A stretch of 64,000 bases of DNA from an uncultured Acidimicrobiia bacterium (GCA_963791795.1 CAWBTP010000003.1:64516-128515); one strand, 5' to 3'. Shown: positions 43,004 through 55,093, numbered from the stretch's first letter. Notes: generated by a model from the sequence alone, not told the origin. A program made the numbers and translations.

Positions 43004-43141
43004 CGAACGCCCTTAGGTGCGGAGTCTCTCTCGAAACGCCACGGCGAACCTTCGTCCGTGGCGTTTGTTTTTGTGGTGAAACGCGCGCTCCGCGAGCTTG
43101 CGATTTCTATTCCAGTCCTTTAAAGGGGAGCCACACTTTGC

Positions 43142-43236
43142 GGCAGGGGGTCAAGAAGACCCCCTTGATCTCCCCCTTATTCGCTTCGCAAGGGGGAGAA
43201 AGGATGCTTCCTCGGTCAGCCTGGAAAGGCTGACTG
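43142..43236. repeat. Three consecutive GC-rich hairpins (REP-like/terminator-like) downstream of the TonB receptor gene
   Basis: ggcagggggtcaagaagacccccttg; ctcccccttattcgcttcgcaagggggag; gtcagcctggaaaggctgac. Related to repeats at 48.5 kb. Confidence 0.4.
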
Positions 43237-43328
43237 GAACGCTCCTACCCCGCGCGTTTTTCGGGTGATGCTACAAGCGTGCGCAGGGGGACAGCGGTCC
43301 CACGCGCCCCTCCACCTACTGCCTTTCA

Positions 43329-45828
43329 ATGGGCAAATGGCGTATCATGAGAGTTGACCGAATACCTATGAGGAATCTCACCTTCATTCTGGCTTTTTCC
43401 CTTGCCTGCATCCACGCGCAGGCCGCAGACCGTGCCGACTTCTTCGAAAAGAAGATCCGCCCGTTGCTGATCGCGCGTTGTGCGTCGTGTCACGGCGACA
43501 AGGTTCAGATGGGGGGCATTCAGCTCACTTCGAAGGATGGGTTGCATCGGTCTGGTGTTGTGGTGCCGGGCGATGTGACTGCGAGTCGCCTCGTCCAAGC
43601 GGTCCGGCAAACTGGCAAGATCAAGATGCCACCCGATGCGAAACTGGCGGATCGGGAACTGCAGGCGATTGAACAGTGGGTGGCTGAGGGAGCCTTCTGG
43701 CCGGAAGCATCCTCCGTCAGTCCTGCCTCCAATGCCGCAACGCATTGGGCCTTTAGACCCGTAAAGAAGACGAGCCCCCCGGAAGTGAAGACTAACGAGT
43801 GGCCTCGCTCTGACATCGACCGATTCATTCTTGCCAAGCTGGAAGAAAAGAAGCTTGCTCCGGTTGCCGACGCCGGCAAATACCATTTGCTGCGGCGTGC
43901 CACCTTGGATTTGACAGGACTGCTGCCGACCGCCGAGGAGATTGTGGAATTTGAAAAAGACTCTTCTCCACAGGCTTTCGAACGTGTGGTCGATCGCCTC
44001 CTGGCGAGTCCAACCTATGGTGAGCGGTGGGGACGCCACTGGCTCGACGTCACCTACTGGGCTGACACGACCGGCGTCGGCCGCAGAATTCCGCTCCGAG
44101 ACGCCTGGCGCTATCGCGACTACGTGATCCAGTCCTTCAATGCAGACAAGCCGTACGATCGTTTCATCCGGGAGCAGATCGCCGGGCCCGGAGGCAAGTC
44201 GTCCGGTGAGAAGGAGAAGCCTCCCACGTCCGGAGGAGCAAGCCGCTACAGGATTCCTGGTGTTAGGCCCATGGGCTTGGTTCTCGTATGACCGGGAACA
44301 GCTTCGCGTTGACGTGGCCGACCTGCAAGTGGATCTGGTCGGCCGAACATTTCTCGGCATGACCGTTGGATGCGCACGCTGCCACGACCACAAGTTCGAC
44401 CCGATTCCGAACAAAGACTACTTCGCCCTGGCGGGCATCTTCCTGAGCACCAAAACGCTGTCGTCCAGCAACATGGATGGAGGCATCAATACCGTCCACC
44501 TTCCCGAGACGTTGGAGAGCGTCAAGCAGTACGCTGCCGATCTGGAGGTTTGGGAGCGTAAGGTTGCTGAACTGGAAGAAGTAGAGAAGGTGAACACCAA
44601 GGATCGGGAAGACCTCCAAAAGAGCATTGCCGCGCTTAAGGAGAAGCCTAGCAGCCCGGAGATCGAATCTGAAATCAAGGCACTCGAAGAGAAACTGGCG
44701 ACAGTTCGCAAGCGAAGTGGGACAGCCGGCGACCGGCAAATTCTTCCCTTCACCAAATACATGAGGCCGCGGCTGCCTGACGTTTACGCTGCTGCCGATA
44801 TGGATTTCCCTCAGGATGCGCGTGTCACAATACGTGGGGATGCTCACCAGTTGGGCGATTCCGTGCCCCGTGGATTTTTGAGTGCAGTTAACTGCGAACC
44901 GGCAACAGACATCGATCCTCAGGGGAGCGGCCGCAAGGAATTGGCTGAGTGGATTGCGAATCCAACCAATCCACTGACCGCTCGCGTTTATGTGAATCGC
45001 ATTTGGCACCATCTTTTCGGCGACGGGATTGTGCGGACGACCGACAACTTTGGCATTCGGGGTGAACTGCCCACACACCCGGAACTGCTCGACTACCTCG
45101 CGAACCGGCTTGTAGAAAACGGCTGGTCAACCAAGAAGTTGATTCGTGACATCGTGTTGAGCCATACCTACCAATTGGCCAGCACTCAGGACAACAAGGC
45201 CAATGAAGTCGATCCTGACAATCGCTTGCTGTGGCGGGCAAACCGCCGCAGACTAGAGGTCGAGGCAATTCGCGATACTATTCTGCAAGTGAGTGGACGT
45301 CTGGATTTGAGCCGGGGCGGGCCATCGTTGCCGCTGACCGCCCAGAATGTCCACACGATTGCCCCCTTCTTCCTGGAGGAAGATTCTGTCATCGAAGATC
45401 GCGTCAAGAATCGAAGGACGGTGTATCAGCCGATTCTTCGTGGCGGCCAGTTGACCGATGTCGATATTCTGAACCTGTTCGACTTTGCGGATCCGGATCA
45501 GGTGGTGGGAACGCGGGCCCAAACGGTCGTGCCTACGCAGACCTTATACCTTTTGAATTCGCCCGCCATCAGGGAAGCTGCACGAGCCCTGGCCGAAGTC
45601 ACCATGAAGGACTCCGCTTTGAATGATGACGGTCGCATTTCCAAGATCATCCTGACAGCGTTGAGCCGCCCCGCCGAAGAGCGCGACAGGCAGCAGGCGC
45701 GGGAGTTCGTCTCTGGTTTTCAGGCTGACGTGTCGAAGCTTGGCGGGGAGTCTGATTCGTTGTTGGAGGCGTGGACACGCTACTGTCAGGCAATTCTCGT
45801 CTCAAGCGAGTTTCTCTATAGGAGGTGA
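43329..45828 (+). CDS. PSCyt1/PSCyt2/PSD1 (DUF1549/DUF1553) cytochrome-c-like domain protein, frameshifted near 44200-44280
   Basis: CASCHGD heme-like motif; ...DRFILAKLEEKKL...; ...PTYGERWGRHWLDV...; second part ...VGCARCHDHKFDPIPNKDYFALAGIF.... ORFs 43329-44291 and 44140-45828 overlap in different frames. Confidence 0.65.
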
Positions 45829-45831
45829 ACC

Positions 45832-47275
45832 ATGTTCCATCCGGTTCAACCGTTTCCAACGACCCGGCGCGACTTTCTGAGGTCCATCGGGGGAGGCTTC
45901 GCCTCGGTCGCAATGTCTGCGATGGCTGCCGAGCAGGCCGCAGCGGACGTGCGGCAAAATCCGCTGAGTCCCAAGGCACCCCATTTCCCACCTAAGGCGA
46001 AGCGCGTCATCCTGCTTTGGATGCAGGGTGGGCCCTCCCAAATGGATCTGTTCGATTACAAGCCGCGCCTGAAAAGCGAGGCCGGGAACCAAATCCCGTT
46101 CAAATTGAGCTCCAGCGACGTGCGTTTTGAGAAGTCCGCGCGCCTGATGCCTCCAGTGGCTGAATTCAAGCAAACCGGCCAAAGCGGCATGTGGGTCTCA
46201 GACATGATGCCTCGTCTCAGCGAAAAGGTGGATGAGTTGTGTTTCCTGCGTGCGCTGCAGACGGATAGCCCGGCGCATCCGGGAGCCATTCGTCTCTTTC
46301 AGAGCGGATCCTTGCAGTTTGTCCGCCCTTCGCTGGGCTCATGGATTCTGTACGGTCTGGGAACTGAGAATCAGAATCTGCCCGGGTTCGTCGTCATCAG
46401 TCCCATGCTCTACGGCGACGATGGAAGCACGCTGGACTTCTCCAACGTTTTCCTGCCCGCCGTTTACCAGGGCACGCGAATTGGCGACGCGCGCACACCA
46501 GTGAAAGAATCAAAGATAGGCTATCTGACCGATCCCAACCTCCCGCCGAGTTTACAGCGCCAACACTTGGATCTGATTCAAGCTCGCAATCGGATGGATC
46601 AGGAAATCGGCGGTGAGGATCGCAACGTCGAAGGCCTGATTCAGTCCTATGAGCTGGCGTTCCGCATGCAGATGGAAGCGCCTTCCGTCCTGGACTTCTC
46701 CAAGGAATCGAAGGCCACGCTTGACCTGTATGGGATTGGCGACAAGGAAACCGACAATTTTGGTCGAAAGTGTTTGATGGCCCGCCGATTGGCCGAGGCC
46801 GGGGTGCGCTATATCCAGGTTACGGATAACGGTTGGGATCACCATACCAAGATCGGCGAACTGCTGCGAAAGAGTGCGCGAGGAATCGACAAGCCTCTGA
46901 CGGGCTTTCTCACCGATCTCAAAGCACGAGGGCTGCTCGACGACACTCTCGTCATCTGGACAGGAGAGTTCGGGCGCACGCCTTATGATCAGTCCGCTGC
47001 AGGCGCCAAAGGACGACAAGCCCGGCCGGGATCACAATCCCTATTGCTGGACCATGTGGATGACGGGCGCGGGCGTGAAGCCAGGCATGGTGTACGGTGA
47101 GACGGACGAATATGCGTGGAAGGCGATCGACGGCAAGGTGCATGTGCACGATTTGCATGCGACGATCCTGCACCTGCTCGGCCTGAATCACGAGAAACTG
47201 ACTTATCGATACAGCGGTAGAGATTTCCGCTTGACCGATGTTCACGGCCGCGTGGTAAAGGAGATTCTCACTTGA
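45832..47275 (+). CDS. DUF1501-family (sulfatase-like) protein, frameshifted near 46990
   Basis: Tat-like [19 protein letters not shown]-terminus ...[34 protein letters not shown]...[37 protein letters not shown]... lies in the +1 frame (ORF 46985-47275). Classic partner of DUF1549/1553. Confidence 0.65.
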
Positions 47276-48114
47276 TCGTTCGTGCGTTTTTGGCTTTCTG
47301 CCTCCTCTCTGCGTCTGTGTCCGCCGCAGGAATCGAAGTGCGGAATGACATCGAGTTCGCTCGGCCCGGCGGCGAACCACTGCTCATGGATGCTCATATT
47401 CCCCCAGGATCCGGGCCTCATGCCGCGGTGATATTGGTCCATGGCGGTGGCTGGACGACCGGCACCAAGCAAGCCAACTTTATCAAGCCGTTGTTCGAGC
47501 CGTTGGATGAAAGCGGTCTGGCGTGGTTCAGCATTGATTACAGACTGGCCCCTAAGCACCCTTATCCTGCTGCCGTGCGCGATGTCGAAGCAGCAATTCG
47601 TTTTGTCAAGACCCACGCCAAGGACTATCGCATCGATCCCAAGCGGATCGCCCTCATGGGTGAATCGGCGGGAGGGCACCTGGTGGCATTGGTGGCCACG
47701 CGCGCGACACCAGAAACCAGAGTGGCCGCAGTGGTTCCCTTTTATGGCGCATTCGATCTCGAAGCTCTGCTGGCTCCGCGGAAGGAAGTCTCAAAGGGAA
47801 TGACTGGATTTCTCGGCATCACAGATATGAGCGAGAAATCTCGAGCGGTGCTTCGTGAGGCGTCGGCTGCCACCTATGTCAAGAAGGGACTGCCTCCCTT
47901 TCTTCTCATTCACGGAACAAAGGACGAAGCCGTGCCATACGATCAGTCGGTAAAATTCAACGCCCAACTCAAAGCAGTGGGTGTTAAGACGGAGTTCTAT
48001 ACCGTTGAAAACGGCATCCACGGTGTCATCAATTGGGAGAAGGTTCCCGAACAACACACCTACAAGCCAGTGATGGTGAAATGGCTGCGTGAAACCTTAA
48101 AGGTTCGCAGCTAG
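47272..48114 (+). CDS. Alpha/beta-hydrolase fold esterase/lipase (HGGG oxyanion motif, GESAGG nucleophile elbow)
   Basis: Signal peptide; ...[14 protein letters not shown]...; ...[15 protein letters not shown].... 280 aa, uninterrupted. Confidence 0.7.
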   Translation: MIVRAFLAFCLLSASVSAAGIEVRNDIEFARPGGEPLLMDAHIPPGSGPHAAVILVHGGGWTTGTKQANFIKPLFEPLDESGLAWFSIDYRLAPKHPYPAAVRDVEAAIRFVKTHAKDYRIDPKRIALMGESAGGHLVALVATRATPETRVAAVVPFYGAFDLEALLAPRKEVSKGMTGFLGITDMSEKSRAVLREASAATYVKKGLPPFLLIHGTKDEAVPYDQSVKFNAQLKAVGVKTEFYTVENGIHGVINWEKVPEQHTYKPVMVKWLRETLKVRS

Positions 48115-48639
48115 GTGGAACGCGCGCTCCTGCGCGCGTTTTGACGAAGCGATTGCCGTTGAGTATGGATCAAAGTCGATCAGCGTGGCGCGGGACGGCA
48201 GTCCCATGCGCCCGCTTCACCAAGTGACGTGGTTTTTGGAGGGCAGGGGTTCTTCGATGTGTTCGAATACACCCCCAATGTTCCAACCCAGGCTTTGGGT
48301 GCGCATTCTGATTAAATCTCATCCGGAAAGGGCAGAATCCGAATGCTTCTGGGCTGGGTGCTGGCGACAAAAGGGAACGAACACCGGCGTCTACGCGTCC
48401 CAGTGGACGTGTCTTCTAAAAGATCTCCACCTACGCGCCTCACCCTCCCAGGGATTTTCGGACGGCAAGAGATTCGCGTTGCAGAATTCTGGTTCTATTC
48501 TACTTTTGTCTCCCTTGTGCAAGGGGGACGCCGCGCTTTGGCTTGCGGCAGGGGGTCTTCTGGTAGGTTGCGGGAGTACACGCCCTATGGTCCCCCTGGC
48601 CAAGGGGGACAAACCCGTACCTGAAGTGACAATCGTTCG

Positions 48640-50867
48640 ATGGCGTTCAATCGAATTCTGGTTCTATTGATTGTCGGCCTGATCGCAATTCTCTTCATCT
48701 GGCCAAGTGACCAGGCAGTAACTCAAGGAATTCAGTTCCCCCAGCCAAGCCCACATTTGTCTCCTCAGAAACCTGTAAGTCCTGTCATGCCGAACGGCAT
48801 GAGACCTGGCTGAAAACCGCTCACGCTTACTCGCTGCGCGAACCTTCTGCCGAGGTCGTAGCAGGCCGATTCGACGGCAAGCCCGTTGAGACGCGCTATT
48901 TCACGGCGACTCCGTTCCGTCGCGACGGAGGGTTCTGGATTCGTGTGGATGCAAAAGACGCCCGGCCATCGGGCGAGTTCAAGATTTCGAGAGTGATCGG
49001 CCGTACTTTCGAGCAAGCCTATCTCTTCACCGGCCCTAAGGGAGAATGGCGAGTCCTGCCGCTTTGCTGGAGTCTGGAACGGCAGCAATGGGACCTCACA
49101 CATCGGGTTCTCGACGACATCAGCGGCGGCATCAGCGTCGGAGAGGACTACGACACGCGTGAGAAGATCTTCAACGATGGTTGCGGCCAATGTCATGCCA
49201 CGCAGTACGACATTGGCTACAACACGCGCACTGATTCCTATGCCTCAAAGATGCTGGAGGGCGCTGTGGCTTGTGAGTCGTGTCACGGTCCGGGCTCGGC
49301 GCATGTGGCATGGCACCAACAGAAGAGGACAGCCAGGCTCGGCCTATCAGTCGCCGGCACGGCTGTTGCATCCGAAGAAAGACCTGGACGCCAAAGGGGT
49401 GCTCGAATCGTGCGGGCGCTGTCACTACAAGCACATCTGGCGCTACGCCATCGACGAGGATCCGCGCGTTGGGTTCAACGAGATCGCCATTTCGCAAAAC
49501 CACGACAGCCTGGGATTCTTTGCCGATGGGCGCCTTTCCGGTCTTGAATTACAACGGCTCTACACAATCGCAGAGTGCGTGTTTCAAGGGCGGCATGAGT
49601 TGTTTGAGCTGCCACCAGATGCACGGCGGCAAGCGTTGGGCGATGCGGTGGGAAGAGAACGATGACGCTCAGTGTGCGCAGTGTCACGCCAAACTGGTTG
49701 CGGCCTCACAGCCACATACACATCACAAGGATGTGCGTTGTGTCGATTGCCACATGCCAAAGTTCCTCACAGGCGTACTGCACACCATGCGAGACCACTC
49801 GATGCGCAGCCCGGAGCCTGAACTCACCGAACGTTTTCAGGCCGCGAATGCTCCCAACGCTTGCTCTAACTGTCACCAGGATCGACCCCTTTCGTGGATG
49901 CGCGAGTGGAAAGCGAAGTGGTGGAAGCCGACACCCCAGCGGATGGTCGAAAATGTCGGCTTGGTCGTCGACTTGAGGCGGCGCGCTCGCGTCGAAACGC
50001 AGCGGCTGGCGACGACAGCTGAGGATCCCAGCCAACGGACTTTTTTTCCGGCTCACCGCCATGCGCAAGCTGGCAGAGCTGTCCGATGAAGCCGCTCGCG
50101 CCAGTCTGCGACGCTTGCTTTCAGATCCACATGAAGAAGTCCGGCAACTGGCTTGCGCCGGCATTGCAGAACAGCCGCATCCGGAGGCTGCCGCCGCGCT
50201 GCTAAAGTTACTCGAAGACCCGGTGCGCACCGTTCGCGTTGAGGCGGCGTATGCGTTGGTGCGCTGCGGCTGGCGTGGAAGCACTCCAGCTTTCGAGCGT
50301 GTTTACCTGGATGCCGTGAAAATGCTCGAGCGGCAGAAGACATTCGATGACATTCTGGAGAGACTCGTCCCATTGGCCGACGCCAGCGGCAAGAATCGCG
50401 AAATGGCCGACCATCTGGCGCCGCTCTTTCGCAACCCCAACCGGCCGCGCACGATGGGCGACCTGTTGCAACGCCGAGGGCGCTCGCTGGCAGAGGAAGG
50501 GAACCACCCCGGTGCGCTGGATCTCTACGGCCAGGCCGTGGACCAATATCTCCGGATCTCCGGCTCATCCGGTCAAGCTTTGCCTGATCTGCTCTACATC
50601 GATCATGCAGCTTCCCTCCACGCCTTGGGGCGCCGTCAGGAAGCCGGCTCCGACTGGCAGCAACTGCTCGCACAGGCTCGACCCGGAAGCGTGCCACAGC
50701 TCATTGCCTCGGCGCGCCTGGCGTCTCTATCGGGAGTGGCTCTCAAAGAAACACAGGCGCTCGAAGCCGCGGTGGACCGACTCAAGAATGAAGCTTGGGC
50801 GGGGGAACTCCTGCGCCGTGCCCGATGGGAGATCAATGCCTTGTCTCCTGCACCATCCCGTCGCTGA
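48640..50867 (+). CDS. Multiheme c-type cytochrome with C-terminal HEAT/PBS-lyase-like repeats, at least 4 frameshifts
   Basis: Signal/TM MAFNRILVLLIVGLIAILFI. CxxCH motifs across frames (CKSCHAERHETWLKTAHA, CGQCHAT, CESCHGP, CLSCHQMHGG, CAQCHAK, CVDCHMPK, CSNCHQDR). Breaks include a CCCCC run (~48735) and a TTTTTTT run (50041-50047) that joins ...AEDPSQRTF(F) to RLTAMRKLAELSDEAARASLRRLLSDPHEEVRQLA... Confidence 0.55.
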
Positions 50868-50876
50868 CTCGTCTCC

Positions 50877-52604
50877 GTGATACACCCTTTGCGACACACA
50901 TCGATCAACGACTTCATTCGAGTTCCAGGCCGAACATTTCTGCTCGCGCTGTTCCTCGCGGCATCCAGTGTCTTCTTAGCGCGAGGGGACAGCATTGGGC
51001 CAGGCTATATGGGAAGCTCTGCCTGTGCGGCCTGCCATACGCAGCTTTATGAACGTTATTTGACGACGCCGATGGGCCGTAGCAGTGGCAGGGCGGGCTC
51101 GGGTAGTTTCCAGGAACAGATGACCTCGAGCGGGTTTACTCACACACTCTCCGGCGTTCGTTATCAGGTTTCAAAACAAAGAGACGGCTTTGCACTGGCA
51201 TACGATCAGAAGCAGCCTCCGGGGTCGCCAGAGATCCGCGGCACCCAGCAACTGACGTACTTCATCGGTTCTGGCAGCGTTGGCCGAAGCTATCTCTTCT
51301 CCGTGATGGATTTTCTTTTTCAAGCCCCCGTTTCGTATTACGCACGCTCCAGCAAATGGGACTTGGCTCCAGGCTATCAACAGCATGGCGAGCTGTTCCT
51401 GATGCGACCGGTTGAAGCGGAATGTCTTGAATGCCACGCCAGCGGTGTGCAAGCGATCCCGGGCACTCAGAACGGTTACCGCGACGCGCCGTTTCTGGAA
51501 GGGCTCATCGGTTGTGAGCGGTGTCACGGTCCAGGACGAAGTCATATTGCCGCGCACACTTCGAGCCAATCAGTGACTGCGCAAGGAATCGTGAACCCGG
51601 CGAAGCTGGAAGTGCGGCCCCGTGACAGTGTGTGCGCCCAATGTCATCTTTTGGGAGAATCTCGAATCGTCAAAGCCGGTCGATCGCTCTCCCGTTTTGC
51701 TCCCGGCGAACGGCTCTCAGACTACGCAGCCTCGTTGGTCTGGAGCTCCAAAAACATCGCAGGCCTCAAAGCCACGAGTCACTACGAGAAACTCTGGCAG
51801 AGCCGTTGCAAACAGTCGAGCGGCGACCGGCTGTGGTGTGGCTCCTGCCACGCAGTGCATTCACCGCCGACTCCACAACAAAGCGGAGAATTCTTTCGCC
51901 AGAAGTGTCTCTCCTGCCATCAATCTCTAAGTTGTCGCGGACCAGCGAACATGCGAGAGACAAAGAACGATCAGTGCACCAGTTGCCATATGCCAAAATC
52001 CCAGTCGCTGGAAGCCGAGCATTCTGTGTTCACTGACCATTCCATCCCGCGTGTAGCGCGTGGTCAGCCCGTTGTTACCCAGGCTGATGCTGACAGCGAA
52101 CTCGTCTCTTTCTGGGGCGACAAGGCAGAACCGCGGGAACTGGGACTCGCTTATGCACAGCTGGGGGTACGCTCGCAGGACAGAAAGCGAGTTGTGCGGG
52201 CGGTGGAACTACTGAAAATCGCTGAAGCCCAAGGCCAGGCGGACGGCGCAGTCCTGCTCCAACTCGGCTACGCCAGCGATCAATTAGGAAAGAGCGAAGA
52301 GGCGATTGCCTACTATCGAAGAGCCAGACAATTGGACCCTTCCCAGACCGTGGCCTCGGTCAACCTGGCAAATCATTTGGCGATGAAAGGCCAAACACGC
52401 GAAGCGATTGGTCTCTGGGAAGACGCTCTATCGAGAAATCCAGGGCTGGAATCAGCCAGAATCAACATGGCGACGGCCTACTTACAACAGCGAGACTTGA
52501 AAAATGCTGAAAGAGTCCTGTCAAAAGCACTGGAGTTGAATCCCGCTTTAAGATCCGCATGGCGTATGCTGGAAGAATTGCGAAGAAATAGGACTTCAAA
52601 ATGA
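50877..52604 (+). CDS. Multiheme c-type cytochrome with C-terminal TPR repeats (paralog of the upstream gene)
   Basis: 575 aa, uninterrupted. Heme motifs CAACHTQ, CLECHAS, CERCHGP, CAQCHLL, CGSCHAV, CLSCHQS, CTSCHMP. C-terminal TPRs (...AIAYYRRARQLDPSQ...). Confidence 0.65.
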   Translation: MIHPLRHTSINDFIRVPGRTFLLALFLAASSVFLARGDSIGPGYMGSSACAACHTQLYERYLTTPMGRSSGRAGSGSFQEQMTSSGFTHTLSGVRYQVSKQRDGFALAYDQKQPPGSPEIRGTQQLTYFIGSGSVGRSYLFSVMDFLFQAPVSYYARSSKWDLAPGYQQHGELFLMRPVEAECLECHASGVQAIPGTQNGYRDAPFLEGLIGCERCHGPGRSHIAAHTSSQSVTAQGIVNPAKLEVRPRDSVCAQCHLLGESRIVKAGRSLSRFAPGERLSDYAASLVWSSKNIAGLKATSHYEKLWQSRCKQSSGDRLWCGSCHAVHSPPTPQQSGEFFRQKCLSCHQSLSCRGPANMRETKNDQCTSCHMPKSQSLEAEHSVFTDHSIPRVARGQPVVTQADADSELVSFWGDKAEPRELGLAYAQLGVRSQDRKRVVRAVELLKIAEAQGQADGAVLLQLGYASDQLGKSEEAIAYYRRARQLDPSQTVASVNLANHLAMKGQTREAIGLWEDALSRNPGLESARINMATAYLQQRDLKNAERVLSKALELNPALRSAWRMLEELRRNRTSK

Positions 52605-52915
52605 GGATCACCGCTCATGCCGCTCAGGCGGCGATATCGTCCTCATGATCGCCCCAGGGCGTTTCTTCGCAATGTACCTGTCTTTACCCAGCCATAACGA
52701 GACGAATGGGTGAAGTAGTGACCCAGATCATGCCAATAAACGTCTGAAGGCAGGAGTTGGGAGTCACGATTTAGGCTGCGCACCTTTGGGCGGGAGCTGC
52801 GATGTCAGGCAAGGCAGCTAGAAGTCTTGTTTTCCAGCTGCCTGCGAGGAATCAAACGCTTCGTTAGGGATAGCAACGTTCGACGGGGTGGGAAAGTCTT
52901 CGGGGCATTCGTTGA

Positions 52916-53230
52916 TCAGTCTTGCGGCTTGCGGGTTCCAGTTGTGTCGCGTTTCTTTGGATAATGATCCTGGACGTAAACTCTGAGTTCATTAGCCGAT
53001 ACAGTCATCTGCAAGGGCAAAACCCGTTGATCAGTTTCCGTTGAGAGCTCGTTTTTCAGCATTGAAAAGCAGAGATCGGGTAGGTCTTGAATTTTGAACT
53101 GATACTCCTTCAGTAACGGAATCTTCGCACTCAACTCAAACTGACGCTCCGGTTGCGTGCTATTGAAGACCCGAAATATGCAGGTTCGCGCACTGTAGTC
53201 TTCCTCGTAGCCCAAGTATTGGATCATCAT
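52916..53230 (-). CDS. Hypothetical protein (104 aa)
   Basis: Lower-GC ORF with a plausible start; no recognisable family. Confidence 0.35.
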   Translation of the reverse strand: MMIQYLGYEEDYSARTCIFRVFNSTQPERQFELSAKIPLLKEYQFKIQDLPDLCFSMLKNELSTETDQRVLPLQMTVSANELRVYVQDHYPKKRDTTGTRKPQD

Positions 53231-53296
53231 GTAAGAATTCTCTCCAGCTAATCTTGGTTGCGACGGAAACTCAGTTGAAACCCTGTAGAACCCTGA

Positions 53297-53500
53297 CTAG
53301 ATTTTCACGACGTCTGCCGCCTGCAAGCCCTTGGGCCCCTTGGTGACCGTAAACTCAACCGCCTGACCCTCATTGAGGGATTTGTAGCCTTCTTCCTGAA
53401 TGGCGCTATGGTGGACAAATACATCGGATCCAGAATTACCTTGAATGAATCCATAGCCCTTCTCATTGTTAAACCACTTCACGACACCTTGTTCTTTCAT
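53297..53500 (-). CDS. Cold-shock protein (CspA family)
   Basis: [20 protein letters not shown]...VFVHHSAI... has the canonical RNP1/RNP2 cold-shock domain. 67 aa. Confidence 0.9.
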   Translation of the reverse strand: MKEQGVVKWFNNEKGYGFIQGNSGSDVFVHHSAIQEEGYKSLNEGQAVEFTVTKGPKGLQAADVVKI

Positions 53501-53844
53501 ACTTTCCTCTCTTGAAATGAATCTTGTTTGTGTGACTTAGAGTCTCTCCGACAGCCTTCTGGGAAACTCCAGCGCGTTCTCTGCCTGCCCTCTTGCAAAA
53601 CAAAAAGGCCACAGAGTCATCGATTCTGTGGCCTTTCGTTCTATCCTGAGAGCACAAAAGCAGAATAACGCAGCCGTTACGGTAACGTTTAGTGCTGCGG
53701 ATTGCAATGAAATTGTCAATTTACGCCAGTTACGCCAGGTTCCTAGCTGGTCAGACGCTTGCCAGGGGTGCTCTGTCGCCCTTCCCAAACTCCCCCGAAC
53801 CGCCCGAGGCTTCCTGCAAACCCTGATGATTGTTGGTATCCACA

Positions 53845-53890
53845 AACCGGACACTTCTACTTTGGTAACAACCGGACATTTCTATTTTGG
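53845..53890 (+). promoter_or_regulatory. Imperfect direct repeat AACCGGACAYTTCTAYTTTGG x2 (spacer taaca) upstream of the DapA-like gene
   Basis: Seen directly; candidate regulator-binding site. Confidence 0.3.
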
Positions 53891-54079
53891 GTGGACAAAT
53901 TCTCCAGCGCGGATTGCCAACCTAGCCGCACTAGGGTTAAACTCGCCGGGCATCAAATTCGATTTCGACGAGGTTCCGCCGCAACTGGAGAGCCGAGAGA
54001 TCTCCATCTGGGTCGTAAGCAGGGTGATGCCCTCGGAAATCCACCCAGGAAGTAGTCCACGTGCTGGTCTTACCTTCAC

Positions 54080-55093
54080 TTGGTGCGAAAGGAAACAACA
54101 ATGGGAAAGCAACTGCCACCCGCCGGAATACGTGTGATCCTAGCAACACTTTGGACGCCTCCAACCAAGACTGATCCGTTCGGGAAAATGGATCTTCACG
54201 CAATGGGCGCGCAAGCCCGTCGGATGTATGACTCGGGCCATCGTGTGTTCATCACGACGGCAGGTTCCGGCTCGGGCTTCGACATTTCGGTAGGGCAGGT
54301 CATCGTCGCTGCGCGGGCGGTTTCCGAAGCACTCTCTGACAGAACAGACGCCTGGATTTACGTGGGTTGCGTGGCAGGACTCGAACAGTGCCTCGAAGTC
54401 GCAAACAGTGTGCGCGGCCTGAAGAACGTCAAGGGACTTCTTATTCTTCCGAATCGCCATCCTCACGGAGATCCCAAGGGTGACGGCTGGCTGGATTTCT
54501 ACCGGATGCTTGGCCCGGCCATGCAACTGCCTTACATGATCTATCACGTGCAACCCGGGATTACGATCCAGCAGTACGTTCAACTTGCGCAGGATCCCGG
54601 CTTCGTGGAACTGAAATGGGCATTGGCGACAGCCGAAGGACTCGACCATCTGCGCCAGGCAGTGAAGGCTATCGGCGCCAGCGTGAGTGTCGTGTGCGGA
54701 TTGGGTGACAAGAACGGCCCCGACTGGATCCGTGAATACGGCGTGCGCGGCTGGACTTCCTATACGGTCAATCACGCCCCGCGGCTTTGCAAGGAAATCG
54801 AACTGGCCAGCCTGGCCGGCGATACGGCGCGAGTGCAAGCGTTGCAAGACCCGGTGCTGGCGTTCGAAGATCAGCGCTTCGGCGACAACGTGCGCTTCAA
54901 CAACCGGCTGGTTGTTGCTGCATTGCAAGGACGTGAGGCATTTTTGCGCCCGCCCAATCGCCGCTACGACGACGCGGAGTGGCACGATGCCGCCACAGCC
55001 ATCTCCCGCCTGGCTGCAGCCGAAGCCGAAACGAGCGCCCGTTCCCCCGAGCCGATCGAGAAGCTTCAATCTCCCGCCGGCGTTCGCAGCTAG
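54080..55093 (+). CDS. DapA/DHDPS-like class I aldolase family protein
   Basis: Blocks align with DapA: ...VFITTAGSGSG... (GTTGE position), ...LPYMIYHVQPGIT... (LYNVPGRT Tyr block), ...FVELKWA... (Schiff-base Lys block). Confidence 0.45.
   Translation: MVRKETTMGKQLPPAGIRVILATLWTPPTKTDPFGKMDLHAMGAQARRMYDSGHRVFITTAGSGSGFDISVGQVIVAARAVSEALSDRTDAWIYVGCVAGLEQCLEVANSVRGLKNVKGLLILPNRHPHGDPKGDGWLDFYRMLGPAMQLPYMIYHVQPGITIQQYVQLAQDPGFVELKWALATAEGLDHLRQAVKAIGASVSVVCGLGDKNGPDWIREYGVRGWTSYTVNHAPRLCKEIELASLAGDTARVQALQDPVLAFEDQRFGDNVRFNNRLVVAALQGREAFLRPPNRRYDDAEWHDAATAISRLAAAEAETSARSPEPIEKLQSPAGVRS

Noticed and set aside
53628-54137. 169-aa plus-strand ORF across the cspA/DapA intergenic region
   Set aside because: It spans the regulatory region between two divergent genes, has no RBS and no family resemblance.
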